Origin: Candidatus Nanoarchaeia archaeon
GTDB lineage: Archaea > Nanobdellota > Nanobdellia > Woesearchaeales > GW2011-AR9
Direction of reading: 5' to 3'
Length of the DNA stretch: 64,000 bases
Assembly (NCBI GenBank): GCA_035289385.1
Contig: DATDXI010000012.1
Span: forward strand, 9,871-73,870
Shown: in pieces, positions 27,947 through 36,709 of the stretch
How the letters are laid out: every line of letters begins with the position of its first letter
How positions within the stretch are numbered: position 1 is the stretch's first letter
Notes under the pieces: generated by a model
Seen by the model: the letters and a program-made list of their open reading frames with translations, nothing else
Told to the model about the DNA's origin: nothing
The model's database searches: none
Program-made: the position numbers and the translations under genes

Positions 27947-28903
27947 TTAATGGATAACCCCCACCGGATCTGGTATCAACCGCATATCTTCCGGGCGGAT
28001 CACTTTAGAGAACTGATAATCCCCTACACCTAACGGGTTAAATCTACCAGTATACATAATTTCCAAAATTAACCGAGGCTTCTTCCTCGATCTCGAGCCA
28101 TAATGGAAACATCGTGAAGCATTGATCAGCACAGCATTTCCCGCTGTTCCAACCACCTTCAGCGCTTTTTCCGGAGATATCTGCTGATACATTTTCTCAT
28201 CAGTCACCCGCTCATTATAATATCCTATACGGTCAGCGATGACCTCTGATATGTCTCCTGGGAGGAAAGTAAAAGGCCCAGCATCCTCATCAACGTCATG
28301 GATAGCGACGAATATCTGAAAGCGCTTATGAAACCTCTTATCCAGATGATACATCTGCGGCCCGATCGTCTGGTCATTAACGGCAGTATGCATCAGAAAG
28401 ATATCCCCTATTACGGGCTTCTCTCCCATATAGTTGGCAACCATGCTGACAATCTCTGGCTTTGTGGCAAATGTTACAACAGGTAGTATCTCTTGAAGAG
28501 AATAATACTTCCCTTTTACACCGCCTTTGCCGATAAGGAAAGGCTTCGCCTTGAATTCTTGGGGGTTTTTCCGGTAATACTCCTCGACGTCAGCGCTCTT
28601 TTCCTTGAACAGCTTCTGGCAATGGGCAACAACCTCTTGTAATCCTGGAAGCGATTTTGCCGTGATAAACTTATAATGCACATCTTTAGGAAGAGTTAAA
28701 GGAGGCTGAACACGTTTCAGGAAAGGCTGTATCTCCTTTTCCCGATTCAGGTAACGAAAGGGATGGCGCGCTATCTTTAAGCTGCGAAGAATTGCCCAGC
28801 GATACTTGCAATGGACACCCAATTTAGTCAACCCATGGTTGATGATCCTGTCTGTCCCGGTGCTTCGGAATTTTTCAAAGGTATACACGCTCTTAACTCC
28901 CAT
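27947..28903 (-). CDS. Putative Fe(II)/2-oxoglutarate dioxygenase (PhyH-like)
   Basis: An H-x-D string (MYHLDKRF) and a distal His (RCFHYGS) sit in a PhyH-like arrangement. This is a weak call from motifs only. Confidence 0.35.
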   Translation of the reverse strand: MGVKSVYTFEKFRSTGTDRIINHGLTKLGVHCKYRWAILRSLKIARHPFRYLNREKEIQPFLKRVQPPLTLPKDVHYKFITAKSLPGLQEVVAHCQKLFKEKSADVEEYYRKNPQEFKAKPFLIGKGGVKGKYYSLQEILPVVTFATKPEIVSMVANYMGEKPVIGDIFLMHTAVNDQTIGPQMYHLDKRFHKRFQIFVAIHDVDEDAGPFTFLPGDISEVIADRIGYYNERVTDEKMYQQISPEKALKVVGTAGNAVLINASRCFHYGSRSRKKPRLILEIMYTGRFNPLGVGDYQFSKVIRPEDMRLIPDPVGVIH

Positions 28904-29036
28904 AGCTGCTTCAGTAAAAAAAGAGATTTATAATACTTTTGGTGATAGGATATATGAGTCCAGAAAAGCTACAGATCTGAGAAAAACAAGGGGAGAAAAA
29001 AGAGAAAACAAAGGGAAAAAGGATTACTTTGTGGAA

Positions 29037-30605
29037 CTAAATACGTGCCTTCTTCCGTGTCAAAAAAGCGAATACTTTCTTGAACAGCCGCAAGTCTAGC
29101 TTAAATTTCTTCTCTATCAGAAGCAGGATATCTTTATCCTCTTTGCCGATTCCCCCAAACAGAACGACCAAAAAAGCGTAAGTGATGAGGAACACAGCGC
29201 AAAGGGCAGAGAAACTAAAGAGCTGCAGTTGAACGTCCACCAAGCTTAAGAAAACCCATACTCCTCCTAAAGGCAACAAGGCCCCGGCAAGGTACTTCAG
29301 ATAATACGAAAGTGGCAAGGCAAAAGGGACGATCTGCCGTACTTTTATCCAGATGATAGCTTCTTTCAGGATTACAGAAAATGCTGTTGAAGATGCTGCA
29401 CCCAAAAGCCCATATGTAGGGATAAGGATGACATTAAAGATAATATTGATTGCAGCAGCGGAAATATTCACCCAGAAGATAAATTTTACCTTATCAAAAG
29501 ACTTCAGCACTTCTACCGTCGGCCCAGTTACCACACTGATGAACGAGCCAAGGATCAGCACGATGGCTGCCGGATAGGCGCTGATATACTCATTGCCAAA
29601 GAGAATTCCGATAATGGTCTTGGGAAAAGAGAGAAAGAGGATAAGAAAAGGGCAGCTCAGCAAAAAGATCCAGCGAGTGATGACGGTAAAGATCTTTCCA
29701 ACTTCTAGAGGATCCATCTTTGTCCGTAATTCCGTCAGGATCGGAAAAGCTATCCTCGAGAAAGAAGCTAAAAAGATGATGATGCTGGAGCTTATGGCAA
29801 GGGCAACATTATAGATCCCCACTGCTGCCGCATCCTTAAAATAGCCCAGCAGAAACGTATCCGCCCAGCCCATCACGTCTAGGAATATGGCGGAGAGGAA
29901 CAGAGGCAGAGAAAATTGCAGAAGCTTCTTGTATTCCATGATCGGCTTTTCTTTGCTGGTGAAGATAGGAACAACTTTCTTTTCCAGAAAGAAGAAGTTT
30001 ACGGCTAACCCTATGATCGCAGACAGCAAAAAAGCAAAGGCTATGTGCACTACAGAGCCAGAAATCAAAATGACGATTCCTATCAGCAGTATCAATAGGC
30101 CTTCCCTGCCGATAAGAGAAGAGGTCAGGGAATATTCCGGTTTCTTAAAAGCAATAAAAGATTTTCCGATAAGTTTTGTGATAGTAAAAAAAGGTATGCT
30201 CAGAGAAAAGATGATAAGGATTGGAACAAACTGTTCATTGTGAAAGAAAGTGATCGCTATAAATTTGGCGAAGACAATGAAAATGATGCTGGAAAAGCTG
30301 CTGAACAGAAAAGCAAGTTTGGTTGCAGCATAAACAGTTCCCTTTAAACGAGGCATATCGTTGGCAACATTATACTCTACAATATACTTGATGATCCCAT
30401 TATTCGTGCCCAGGGTTGCCAGAAGAGCAGTAATGTTGACGACCATGATGCCTAATGACAGCAACCCAAAATCAGACGGACCTAGATACCGTGATAACAG
30501 CAGCTTCTGGACAAAACCAAAAAGATATAATACCAAGCTTCCAAAGAATAAGATCCCTGCTCCTCTGGCAATATGAGTAAGCCCGTCGCTCTTAGTATCC
30601 ATCAT
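29037..30605 (-). CDS. MOP-superfamily oligosaccharide flippase (Wzx-like)
   Basis: The protein is 522 aa with about 14 TM helices and the typical Polysacc_synt / Polysacc_synt_C organisation. Confidence 0.7.
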   Translation of the reverse strand: MMDTKSDGLTHIARGAGILFFGSLVLYLFGFVQKLLLSRYLGPSDFGLLSLGIMVVNITALLATLGTNNGIIKYIVEYNVANDMPRLKGTVYAATKLAFLFSSFSSIIFIVFAKFIAITFFHNEQFVPILIIFSLSIPFFTITKLIGKSFIAFKKPEYSLTSSLIGREGLLILLIGIVILISGSVVHIAFAFLLSAIIGLAVNFFFLEKKVVPIFTSKEKPIMEYKKLLQFSLPLFLSAIFLDVMGWADTFLLGYFKDAAAVGIYNVALAISSSIIIFLASFSRIAFPILTELRTKMDPLEVGKIFTVITRWIFLLSCPFLILFLSFPKTIIGILFGNEYISAYPAAIVLILGSFISVVTGPTVEVLKSFDKVKFIFWVNISAAAINIIFNVILIPTYGLLGAASSTAFSVILKEAIIWIKVRQIVPFALPLSYYLKYLAGALLPLGGVWVFLSLVDVQLQLFSFSALCAVFLITYAFLVVLFGGIGKEDKDILLLIEKKFKLDLRLFKKVFAFLTRKKARI

Positions 30606-30669
30606 GTTTAGTATCTCACAGTTATGGCATTATCATTTTTAATGATATTATCATCGTTAGTATCCATCA
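30592..30669. repeat. 13-nt direct repeat TTAGTATCCATCA covering the flippase start codon and a copy 65 nt upstream; it defines a 19-codon uORF
   Basis: The copies lie at 30592-30604 and 30657-30669, with a partial third copy at 30607-30615. The upstream ATG (30667) reads MDTNDDNIIKNDNAITVRY-stop and ends 2 nt before the main ATG. The main ORF also begins MMDTK. Confidence 0.8.
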
Positions 30670-30723
30670 AGCGTTGTATCGCCGTAACAGATAGTTTTCG
30701 TTCATAACTCCTCAAAGAAGATG

Positions 30724-32304
30724 TCATAATGGAATTTGTTGAGCTTTCTTCCGAGAAGATCTTTTTCCTGACGATAGACCATCCTTCAACCCTCTCGACA
30801 TCATAATCTCCTCAGTATAGAGTTCTAGCCCAGTTACAATCTTATTGATATTCTCATCAGTCAAAGACCTATGTTGACAATCACCTGGCAAAGCTCCTAT
30901 TCCCAGATATGTCGCTTTAAGCACGGCAGCAACAAACTTTACCGTAGCGTCATAGCTTATCGTTCTTCCTAATGAGGAAGACACCAGCTCCGGAAGCTTT
31001 TCGATGCTTTCTACTCTCTTGACTTCATCAAACAGATTGTAAAATACTTCTCCGAATGTGAGAACGGGCTTCTGCAACAAGACCGCCTCCCACCCTACTG
31101 TACCGGTAATAGTAATGACTAATGAAGACTTTTTAATCATCTCTATCGTATTTGCAAACGGAGAGATCAACCGAACATTCTGGTGCTTCTTGATAGATCT
31201 GTGGAACCCTGCCGGCCTGATAGAAAAGTTTTTTGGATGCTCCTTGACATAAAGCTTATAGTCGCAGGGGATCGCTTTAACCAGATTGTCAATAAGGCTT
31301 ACTTGATCAACATACCATTTTCCCCGGATAGAAGTAGATGCTTCAGGGAACACTTGCAACGGGAAAAAAACATATTTTTCATGTTCCAGAGGCTGTTCAA
31401 AACGGCTGCTTCTTTTTAAGAGCTTATCTTTAAGGGGATGCCACAAGAAGGGAGCTAAGTGGGGAAGGCGTCGTCGATGAGCCAGCCTTTGCAGATCCAT
31501 CTTGACCCTTGATAATTTTACAGACAGGGGCTCTTTTACCAGGGTAGAATCATCTGGCTTAAAGGGAGCATCAGTAAAGCTCTGGATCAATTTCATCGCT
31601 TCTTCCTGATCAGCTTTAGTCATCCCCCTCTCTTTTATGGAAGCATAATGCTTGACGAGCAACGGCCATTCGCTATGAAAAGCATTATCAAACGTAAACC
31701 TTCCAGGGATTCGGGGATTGATCAGCTCTAAGACAGGAATATGATGAGCCAAAAAAATTTTATAGACGAGAACGTAGCTGTAGCCAGATATATCCATCAT
31801 AAAGACGCAATCTGGCTTTACTTCTTGGATTATTTTTTCCGTACCCTTAATGATAAACTCCATGTAACGGAAAATATCCTTTTCAGGAATCTTCTCCCGG
31901 CTCTTGTTTCGGAGAGCAGTCAGCTGCCAGATGTCAAAGACGCGGAAATCATAACGGTCTTCACTTTTTCTGACGTAGTCAACATCAGGATTTTCTATAG
32001 TCGTGCTGAGCGGAGCAAGCTGAAATACATTATCCTTATCGATGCCTTTTGAAGTCAAGAAACTGGCAACAGTTCCCGGAGCTAAAGAAAGGAAATACCC
32101 CTTGCTGTCATGCCTTCTAGCCAGCTCTTGGCTTACCTTGACCATCAATTCCTCACGGCCAGAAGACCCCGTGACAAAAACTATCTTTTTCTTATCAAAG
32201 GAACTCTTGGAGTCATTTAAGTGAGGAAAGTGATTAGAGTGGTTTGAACGGTGCGAATTGTTCTTCTCATCATTCTTGAGAGGGGTTTCCATCAGCCTCT
32301 CCAC
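30724..32304 (-). CDS. Capsule_synth (KpsS/KpsC-like) family glycosyltransferase; candidate CMP-ulosonic acid transferase
   Basis: YVKEHPKN...VRLISPFANTIEMIKKSSLVITITGTVGWEAVLLQKPVLTFGEVFY matches the KpsC/KpsS C-terminal signature. The ORF opens with GTG at 32304; the ATG at 32292 is the more likely start. Confidence 0.5.
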   Translation of the reverse strand: MERLMETPLKNDEKNNSHRSNHSNHFPHLNDSKSSFDKKKIVFVTGSSGREELMVKVSQELARRHDSKGYFLSLAPGTVASFLTSKGIDKDNVFQLAPLSTTIENPDVDYVRKSEDRYDFRVFDIWQLTALRNKSREKIPEKDIFRYMEFIIKGTEKIIQEVKPDCVFMMDISGYSYVLVYKIFLAHHIPVLELINPRIPGRFTFDNAFHSEWPLLVKHYASIKERGMTKADQEEAMKLIQSFTDAPFKPDDSTLVKEPLSVKLSRVKMDLQRLAHRRRLPHLAPFLWHPLKDKLLKRSSRFEQPLEHEKYVFFPLQVFPEASTSIRGKWYVDQVSLIDNLVKAIPCDYKLYVKEHPKNFSIRPAGFHRSIKKHQNVRLISPFANTIEMIKKSSLVITITGTVGWEAVLLQKPVLTFGEVFYNLFDEVKRVESIEKLPELVSSSLGRTISYDATVKFVAAVLKATYLGIGALPGDCQHRSLTDENINKIVTGLELYTEEIMMSRGLKDGLSSGKRSSRKKAQQIPL

Positions 32305-32356
32305 TTGACGTGTGTTTATTAATATTTTGAAAGATGGTTTTTAAGGATATGATCTG

Positions 32357-32374
32357 CGAGATTTAGGACAGAGC
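32357..32374. repeat. Solo copy of the 18-mer CGAGATTTAGGACAGAGC, identical to the right terminus of the 424-bp element
   Basis: There is an exact 18/18 match to 19214-19231. It lies in the divergent promoter region between 32304 (-) and 32547 (+). Confidence 0.85.
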
Positions 32375-32375
32375 T

Positions 32376-32436
32376 GAGATAATCAGAGAGATAATTAGGG
32401 AGATAATCAGAGAGATGAACAGAAGAAAGATGAACA
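32376..32436. repeat. Short direct repeats GAGATAATCAGAGAG x2 (period 24) and AGATGAACA x2 (period 15)
   Basis: Read directly at 32376-32390 and 32400-32414, and at 32413-32421 and 32428-32436. Confidence 0.85.
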
Positions 32437-32546
32437 TAAAGATGATAGAACGTACGACGAAAAAAGAAAGACCCTGTTTTGGAAGAGTCTTGTTTCAGAA
32501 AGTATTTAAAAGCGCACTTTGCTGAAAGTATAGTTTAATTGAAAGT

Positions 32547-33329
32547 ATGAGGATATTCAACGGAAGGAAAACGAAAAGATTACGGGCAAAAATGACAAAT
32601 CCAAAGATGATGAAATTTAAGAGATATAAAAATACTTCTTTCCGTTTTACTCCTCTTATCCCTTTTGTCCGAGGAAGAGTTCTGGATGTATGTTGTGTAG
32701 GTATGGGAGCAAATGACATTATGGGCGGGCATGATTTTATGCACGGAAAACTAAAGAGAATTAAGCCTGACATCGAGTTATATGGCATGGACATCGATAA
32801 GGAAGGGGTTGAAAAGCTCAATCAGCATGGTTTTAAGGTTATCCATCAGGATGTTCAAAAAAAATTTGACCTAAAGATGAAGTTTGATACCATCCTTTGT
32901 GAAGAAGGGATTGAACATCTCGATGATCTTAACAGCTTTTTGAAGAATATGCATGACCATCTTAAAGATGATGGCTTATTCTTATTGACCACCCCAAATA
33001 TCATCGGCCTTCATGTTTTCTTAGGAGTTCTTTTGCATGGACAACCACGAAAAAACCCCTATCACACCCATTATCATACCCGAGATTCTATCAAATATTT
33101 GCTGGAAAGCAATGGTTTTGAGATATTAAATATCGATTGGTTCTCTCCCACAAACCTTAAGGCAACAAACTTTAATGCCAGAATGAATTCGTGGCTTACT
33201 GCCATCCTTCCCCATCGCTGGGGCAAACATATTTGGGTCGTGGCTAGAAAGAAAGGAAACAGAAAAGGATATAGAGGAAGAAGTTACCAGGATATACCTT
33301 GGGCCAGTACAAAAACTCGTGTCGGATAA
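32547..33329 (+). CDS. Class I SAM-dependent methyltransferase
   Basis: RVLDVCCVGMG (motif I-like) and LCEEGIEHLDD...LKDDGLFLLTTPN. The exact start is uncertain. Confidence 0.6.
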   Translation: MRIFNGRKTKRLRAKMTNPKMMKFKRYKNTSFRFTPLIPFVRGRVLDVCCVGMGANDIMGGHDFMHGKLKRIKPDIELYGMDIDKEGVEKLNQHGFKVIHQDVQKKFDLKMKFDTILCEEGIEHLDDLNSFLKNMHDHLKDDGLFLLTTPNIIGLHVFLGVLLHGQPRKNPYHTHYHTRDSIKYLLESNGFEILNIDWFSPTNLKATNFNARMNSWLTAILPHRWGKHIWVVARKKGNRKGYRGRSYQDIPWASTKTRVG

Positions 33330-33382
33330 TCCTCCGCAAAATAGGTAAAAGCTTATTGATTAGGAAAGGAGGAGTAAAGAAC

Positions 33383-34483
33383 TTATTTTTTACAATTAAA
33401 ATATTTCCTTCTCACTAATGGGCTTGAATCTTTTGGGCCAATAGAAGAATATTTTCCAGTAAACACGACCAAATTTCCATAAAAGCGCAACTTTTGAGCC
33501 AACCCTTTCTGGAGGAGGTGATACGATGCCAAATTATGGAAAGAAACACCGAATTTTGTAGTTGGGCATTTCCCTGGCTGAGCATATTCCTCCAAGTGGT
33601 CGTAAAGTGTAGAAAAGATATCCATGGTTGGCGAGTTGGAAAAGAACCAGAGATCAGCCATCCCTATCCCCGTGTAAGGATATCCTATGGGAACATACAG
33701 GGGAATAAATCTGTGGAACTGGCTGTAAAACTTTGCCGCATAGAAATACTGTGGATCAAAATGGCTAAAGGTAAAATCTTCATCCCAGGCAATGTCAAAT
33801 CTGCTCAGAAAAACAAAATCATAAGTAATTTCCTGTTCCTTTTCATATGCTGCCTTAAGCTCTACCGCCTTTTTGATGCTATAGGTCATGCTGTAATGCA
33901 CAAATTTTCTTTGTTCCGTTCCCTCCATTAGTTCTGATAGTTTAAACTGCCTCTGCTTTTCAAAGATGGATTTCTTGGGCTTATAGAGCGTGAGAATAGG
34001 CTGTTCAAGTTCTGTGCTCCAAGTATGGACGAAGATGTCAATATTTTTGTTCTTCTTGAAGAAATGCTTATCGTAATGCTTAAATCCCAGTTCTAAAACT
34101 TCTTGGGAGCTAAGGCTGCTTTCTCTGGTTTTACCTTTGATGCCACCTACTAAACCAAAGAGGCAGATGGCAACTCTCGGCTCTTTTCCTAGTGGAGATG
34201 ACGCTTCCCGAGATGCCACTGCTGGAGATGCCGCTGGTGAAGATGCTACAGAGGGAGATGCTGCTGGTAGAGTTGCTGCAGATGAAGATGCTGCAGGTGG
34301 AGTTGCTGCAGATGAAGATGCTGCAGGTGGAGTTGCTGCTGGAGATACCGGTAGTGGAGATGCCCCTGGCAGAGGTGCCTCTTGTCGAGATGCTCCCTCT
34401 TGAAATGCTGCTTCCTTTGGAAAATAAGCAAGATCCTGCTTAAGCAGATGATAGAGATACGTCGGAATCTGGAGAGGCCGCAT
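33383..34483 (-). CDS. Hypothetical protein with an Ala/Ser/Pro-rich repetitive N-terminal region and an uncharacterised C-terminal domain
   Basis: The N-terminus contains (SSSAATPPAA)n. The C-terminal ~260 aa (VAICLFGLVGGIKGK...DIFVHTWS...) match no family I can name. Confidence 0.45.
   Translation of the reverse strand: MRPLQIPTYLYHLLKQDLAYFPKEAAFQEGASRQEAPLPGASPLPVSPAATPPAASSSAATPPAASSSAATLPAASPSVASSPAASPAVASREASSPLGKEPRVAICLFGLVGGIKGKTRESSLSSQEVLELGFKHYDKHFFKKNKNIDIFVHTWSTELEQPILTLYKPKKSIFEKQRQFKLSELMEGTEQRKFVHYSMTYSIKKAVELKAAYEKEQEITYDFVFLSRFDIAWDEDFTFSHFDPQYFYAAKFYSQFHRFIPLYVPIGYPYTGIGMADLWFFSNSPTMDIFSTLYDHLEEYAQPGKCPTTKFGVSFHNLASYHLLQKGLAQKLRFYGNLVVFTGKYSSIGPKDSSPLVRRKYFNCKK
34210..34345. 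repeat. In-frame 30-bp tandem repeat inside the CDS (two perfect units at 34271-34330 plus degenerate flanking units)
   Basis: AGTTGCTGCAGATGAAGATGCTGCAGGTGG x2, read directly. It encodes the AASSSAATPP repeats on the minus strand. Confidence 0.85.
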
Positions 34484-34521
34484 AGGTATTCTGGATCCCC
34501 CCTCTTTTTAAAAGTTATTGA

Positions 34522-35430
34522 TTACTCTATCAGTTTTTCTTTCACAAAAAGAATATTTGTAATCCCCGAGCGCTCTATTTTTTTTGTTTTTTCTCTCAGA
34601 GGATGAAAACCATGCCCCTTCAAGAAGGAAAACACCTGAGGCGCTTCATTCTTACTGGTCTCACAATAGACATATGTAGCTTCCACAAGAGCCTTTTCCA
34701 TACCTTGCAATACCGCCAATTCATGACCTTCAACATCTATCTTGATGAAATCAACTTTCCCAAGATGAAGATCGTCAAATCTTCTCAGCGGAACATCCAT
34801 CGTGGAATCAATCTTTGTCTTGATGCGATCCATAAACCCCTTGCTCAGCGAATGCCCGCCATCATTCTCTTTACTGAGGTATATCGTCTCCGCCCCTTCT
34901 TTGTTGGACAGGGCATAAGGAAATAATGTTATATTTTTCTTGGTAGGGTTCTGCTGAAGATTCAATTGAAAATTATCGACAGTTACCGGCTCAAATGCCA
35001 AAACTCTTTTAGCATAACAAGCAGCGATCAGCGATGTCTGACCGATATTTGCGCCAACATCAACATATACACTCTCTCTTCCCAGACGTTCTTTTAAGAT
35101 TGCTGCCAACGTGTCAGGATTATTCAGATAAAAACGCCTTCTGCTGACATAGCTTCTCAAGTTCAGCCGGAGGATATACTCATTCTTCTCATCCAGCCTA
35201 AATTCCTGATCAACAAATATATCCTCAGGATGGTTGCTGAGGAGACCATCAAAAAAAGCAAAAAACATAGCACGAAGAAAGATAGGGTTTATCTGCCGAT
35301 AGTTCTTCAGGGAAATGATAGGGATAACATGATGAGGGATGACGTGATAAATGGCAGATCCTAATTTTCGGAAAAGAAAGATCCCGACGTTCTTCACTTT
35401 TCGAAGGAAAAAGCTATTCATGATATCCAT
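34522..35430 (-). CDS. FkbM-family methyltransferase
   Basis: VYVDVGANIGQTSLIAA, AFEP, FIKIDVEGHELAVLQG. Confidence 0.75.
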   Translation of the reverse strand: MDIMNSFFLRKVKNVGIFLFRKLGSAIYHVIPHHVIPIISLKNYRQINPIFLRAMFFAFFDGLLSNHPEDIFVDQEFRLDEKNEYILRLNLRSYVSRRRFYLNNPDTLAAILKERLGRESVYVDVGANIGQTSLIAACYAKRVLAFEPVTVDNFQLNLQQNPTKKNITLFPYALSNKEGAETIYLSKENDGGHSLSKGFMDRIKTKIDSTMDVPLRRFDDLHLGKVDFIKIDVEGHELAVLQGMEKALVEATYVYCETSKNEAPQVFSFLKGHGFHPLREKTKKIERSGITNILFVKEKLIE

Positions 35431-35433
35431 ATT

Positions 35434-35463
35434 CTTACCTACTTACCTACTTACCTACTTGCC
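35434..35463. repeat. 8-bp tandem repeat CTTACCTA, 3.6 copies, immediately upstream of the FkbM start codon
   Basis: Read directly. The minus strand reads GGCAAGTAGGTAAGTAGGTAAGTAGGTAAGAAT-ATG. Confidence 0.9.
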
Positions 35464-35572
35464 ATAATCCAAATGAGATACATTTTATCTAAAAGAGATT
35501 CATGGTATCTCAAAGAGATCTGTGCTATCCCACAGAGACCCATCAGTTTATAAGGATTGAGGAAGCATGCTC

Positions 35573-36601
35573 TTAGGGTTTATGCTCATGAGGAAGGCTG
35601 TGTTCCTTCTCGATCCTCCCATCTCCTCTGCTGGCATCATCTTCATGCCGTACAACATCATCAACCTCTGGCGTCGAGCATTCGATGATAATCGAATCTT
35701 CTAAAGCGATGGTTCGATGCCTTTTCGGAGGGATGATCTCCCATAGGCCACCTTCTTCGACAACCTTCTTCTCAATTTCACCATAAGCATTTTCATACCA
35801 TGCTTCCACTCTCCCCTTGACTAAAAAATTGATCTCTCGTTTCTTCTCATGATGTTGGAAGCTCATCTTCGTCCCTTTCTTCACATATAATTTCTTGAAC
35901 ACGTAGGGCTTTTCCTCAGCGCCAACTTCTTCTCCAAAGCGATAATTCAGCCAAACTTCACCGACGCTTTCAATTCCGTTGAATGTCGCATTGCCCCAGG
36001 GTTTTGTGACAAATTTCGCGCCATCTTTCTCGTAATAGAGCCAGTTTCTGCCATTATTCACCACTCTGCCCTTATCTTCTAATCTGAACCGGACGAGAGG
36101 AATCAGCTCACGGACACTCAAACCGGAAGGATATCTTAGTGCAGCCCATTTTTCTTTTAGCGAAGCATCTCTGCCTTTTTTATCATAAATCCTCTTAATA
36201 TCTTCTTCATCATAGAACCCATGGCTGATCTCGATAAAGGTAGACCCACCCTCCAATGAAATATTCACTGGAGCATGAACCATCCCCATAGGAATTACAA
36301 CCTTATCCCCAGGTTGCATAACCACCGCATGGAGATTTGCTATTGTTTTTTCAGGGTCATTTGGATAGTAAGTCCCACGATAAACCACCATACTTCCAGA
36401 GACTAAAACATACTCTTCTGTCCGATGACTATGGACCTGTACAGAAGGTTCATCAATGATATGATGGATCCTAGTATTAGAATCAAGAATGGCGGATGCT
36501 CCCCATGCCCGTTCTACTTCATGGTAAGGAGCCCCTTCAACCAGCGCTTGCTTTGTGGTTATACGATGAAAAAAATAATTTTCTTTACGGTCGTTATTCA
36601 T
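35573..36601 (-). CDS. Bicupin protein; the second cupin resembles the type II phosphomannose isomerase C-terminal domain
   Basis: Cupin 1: VQVHSHRTEEYVLVSG...PMGMVHAP. Cupin 2: SFQHHEKKREINFLVKG...PPKRHRTIAL...IIECSTPEVDDVVRHED. Confidence 0.6.
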   Translation of the reverse strand: MNNDRKENYFFHRITTKQALVEGAPYHEVERAWGASAILDSNTRIHHIIDEPSVQVHSHRTEEYVLVSGSMVVYRGTYYPNDPEKTIANLHAVVMQPGDKVVIPMGMVHAPVNISLEGGSTFIEISHGFYDEEDIKRIYDKKGRDASLKEKWAALRYPSGLSVRELIPLVRFRLEDKGRVVNNGRNWLYYEKDGAKFVTKPWGNATFNGIESVGEVWLNYRFGEEVGAEEKPYVFKKLYVKKGTKMSFQHHEKKREINFLVKGRVEAWYENAYGEIEKKVVEEGGLWEIIPPKRHRTIALEDSIIIECSTPEVDDVVRHEDDASRGDGRIEKEHSLPHEHKP

Positions 36602-36709
36602 ATTATTCCTCCACTAAACCAATTTCACTCCATAAAACCATTTGCATCATGCCAATATCACTACTTACCATCATAACTCACAAGCATAACTCACAATAAC
36701 TATTCACCA

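Noticed and set aside
34137-34443. Three overlapping ORFs (88, 83 and 61 aa) in the 30-bp repeat region
   Set aside because: They are artefacts of the tandem repeat keeping several frames open. The long minus-strand gene continues into a non-repetitive domain and is the only credible reading.
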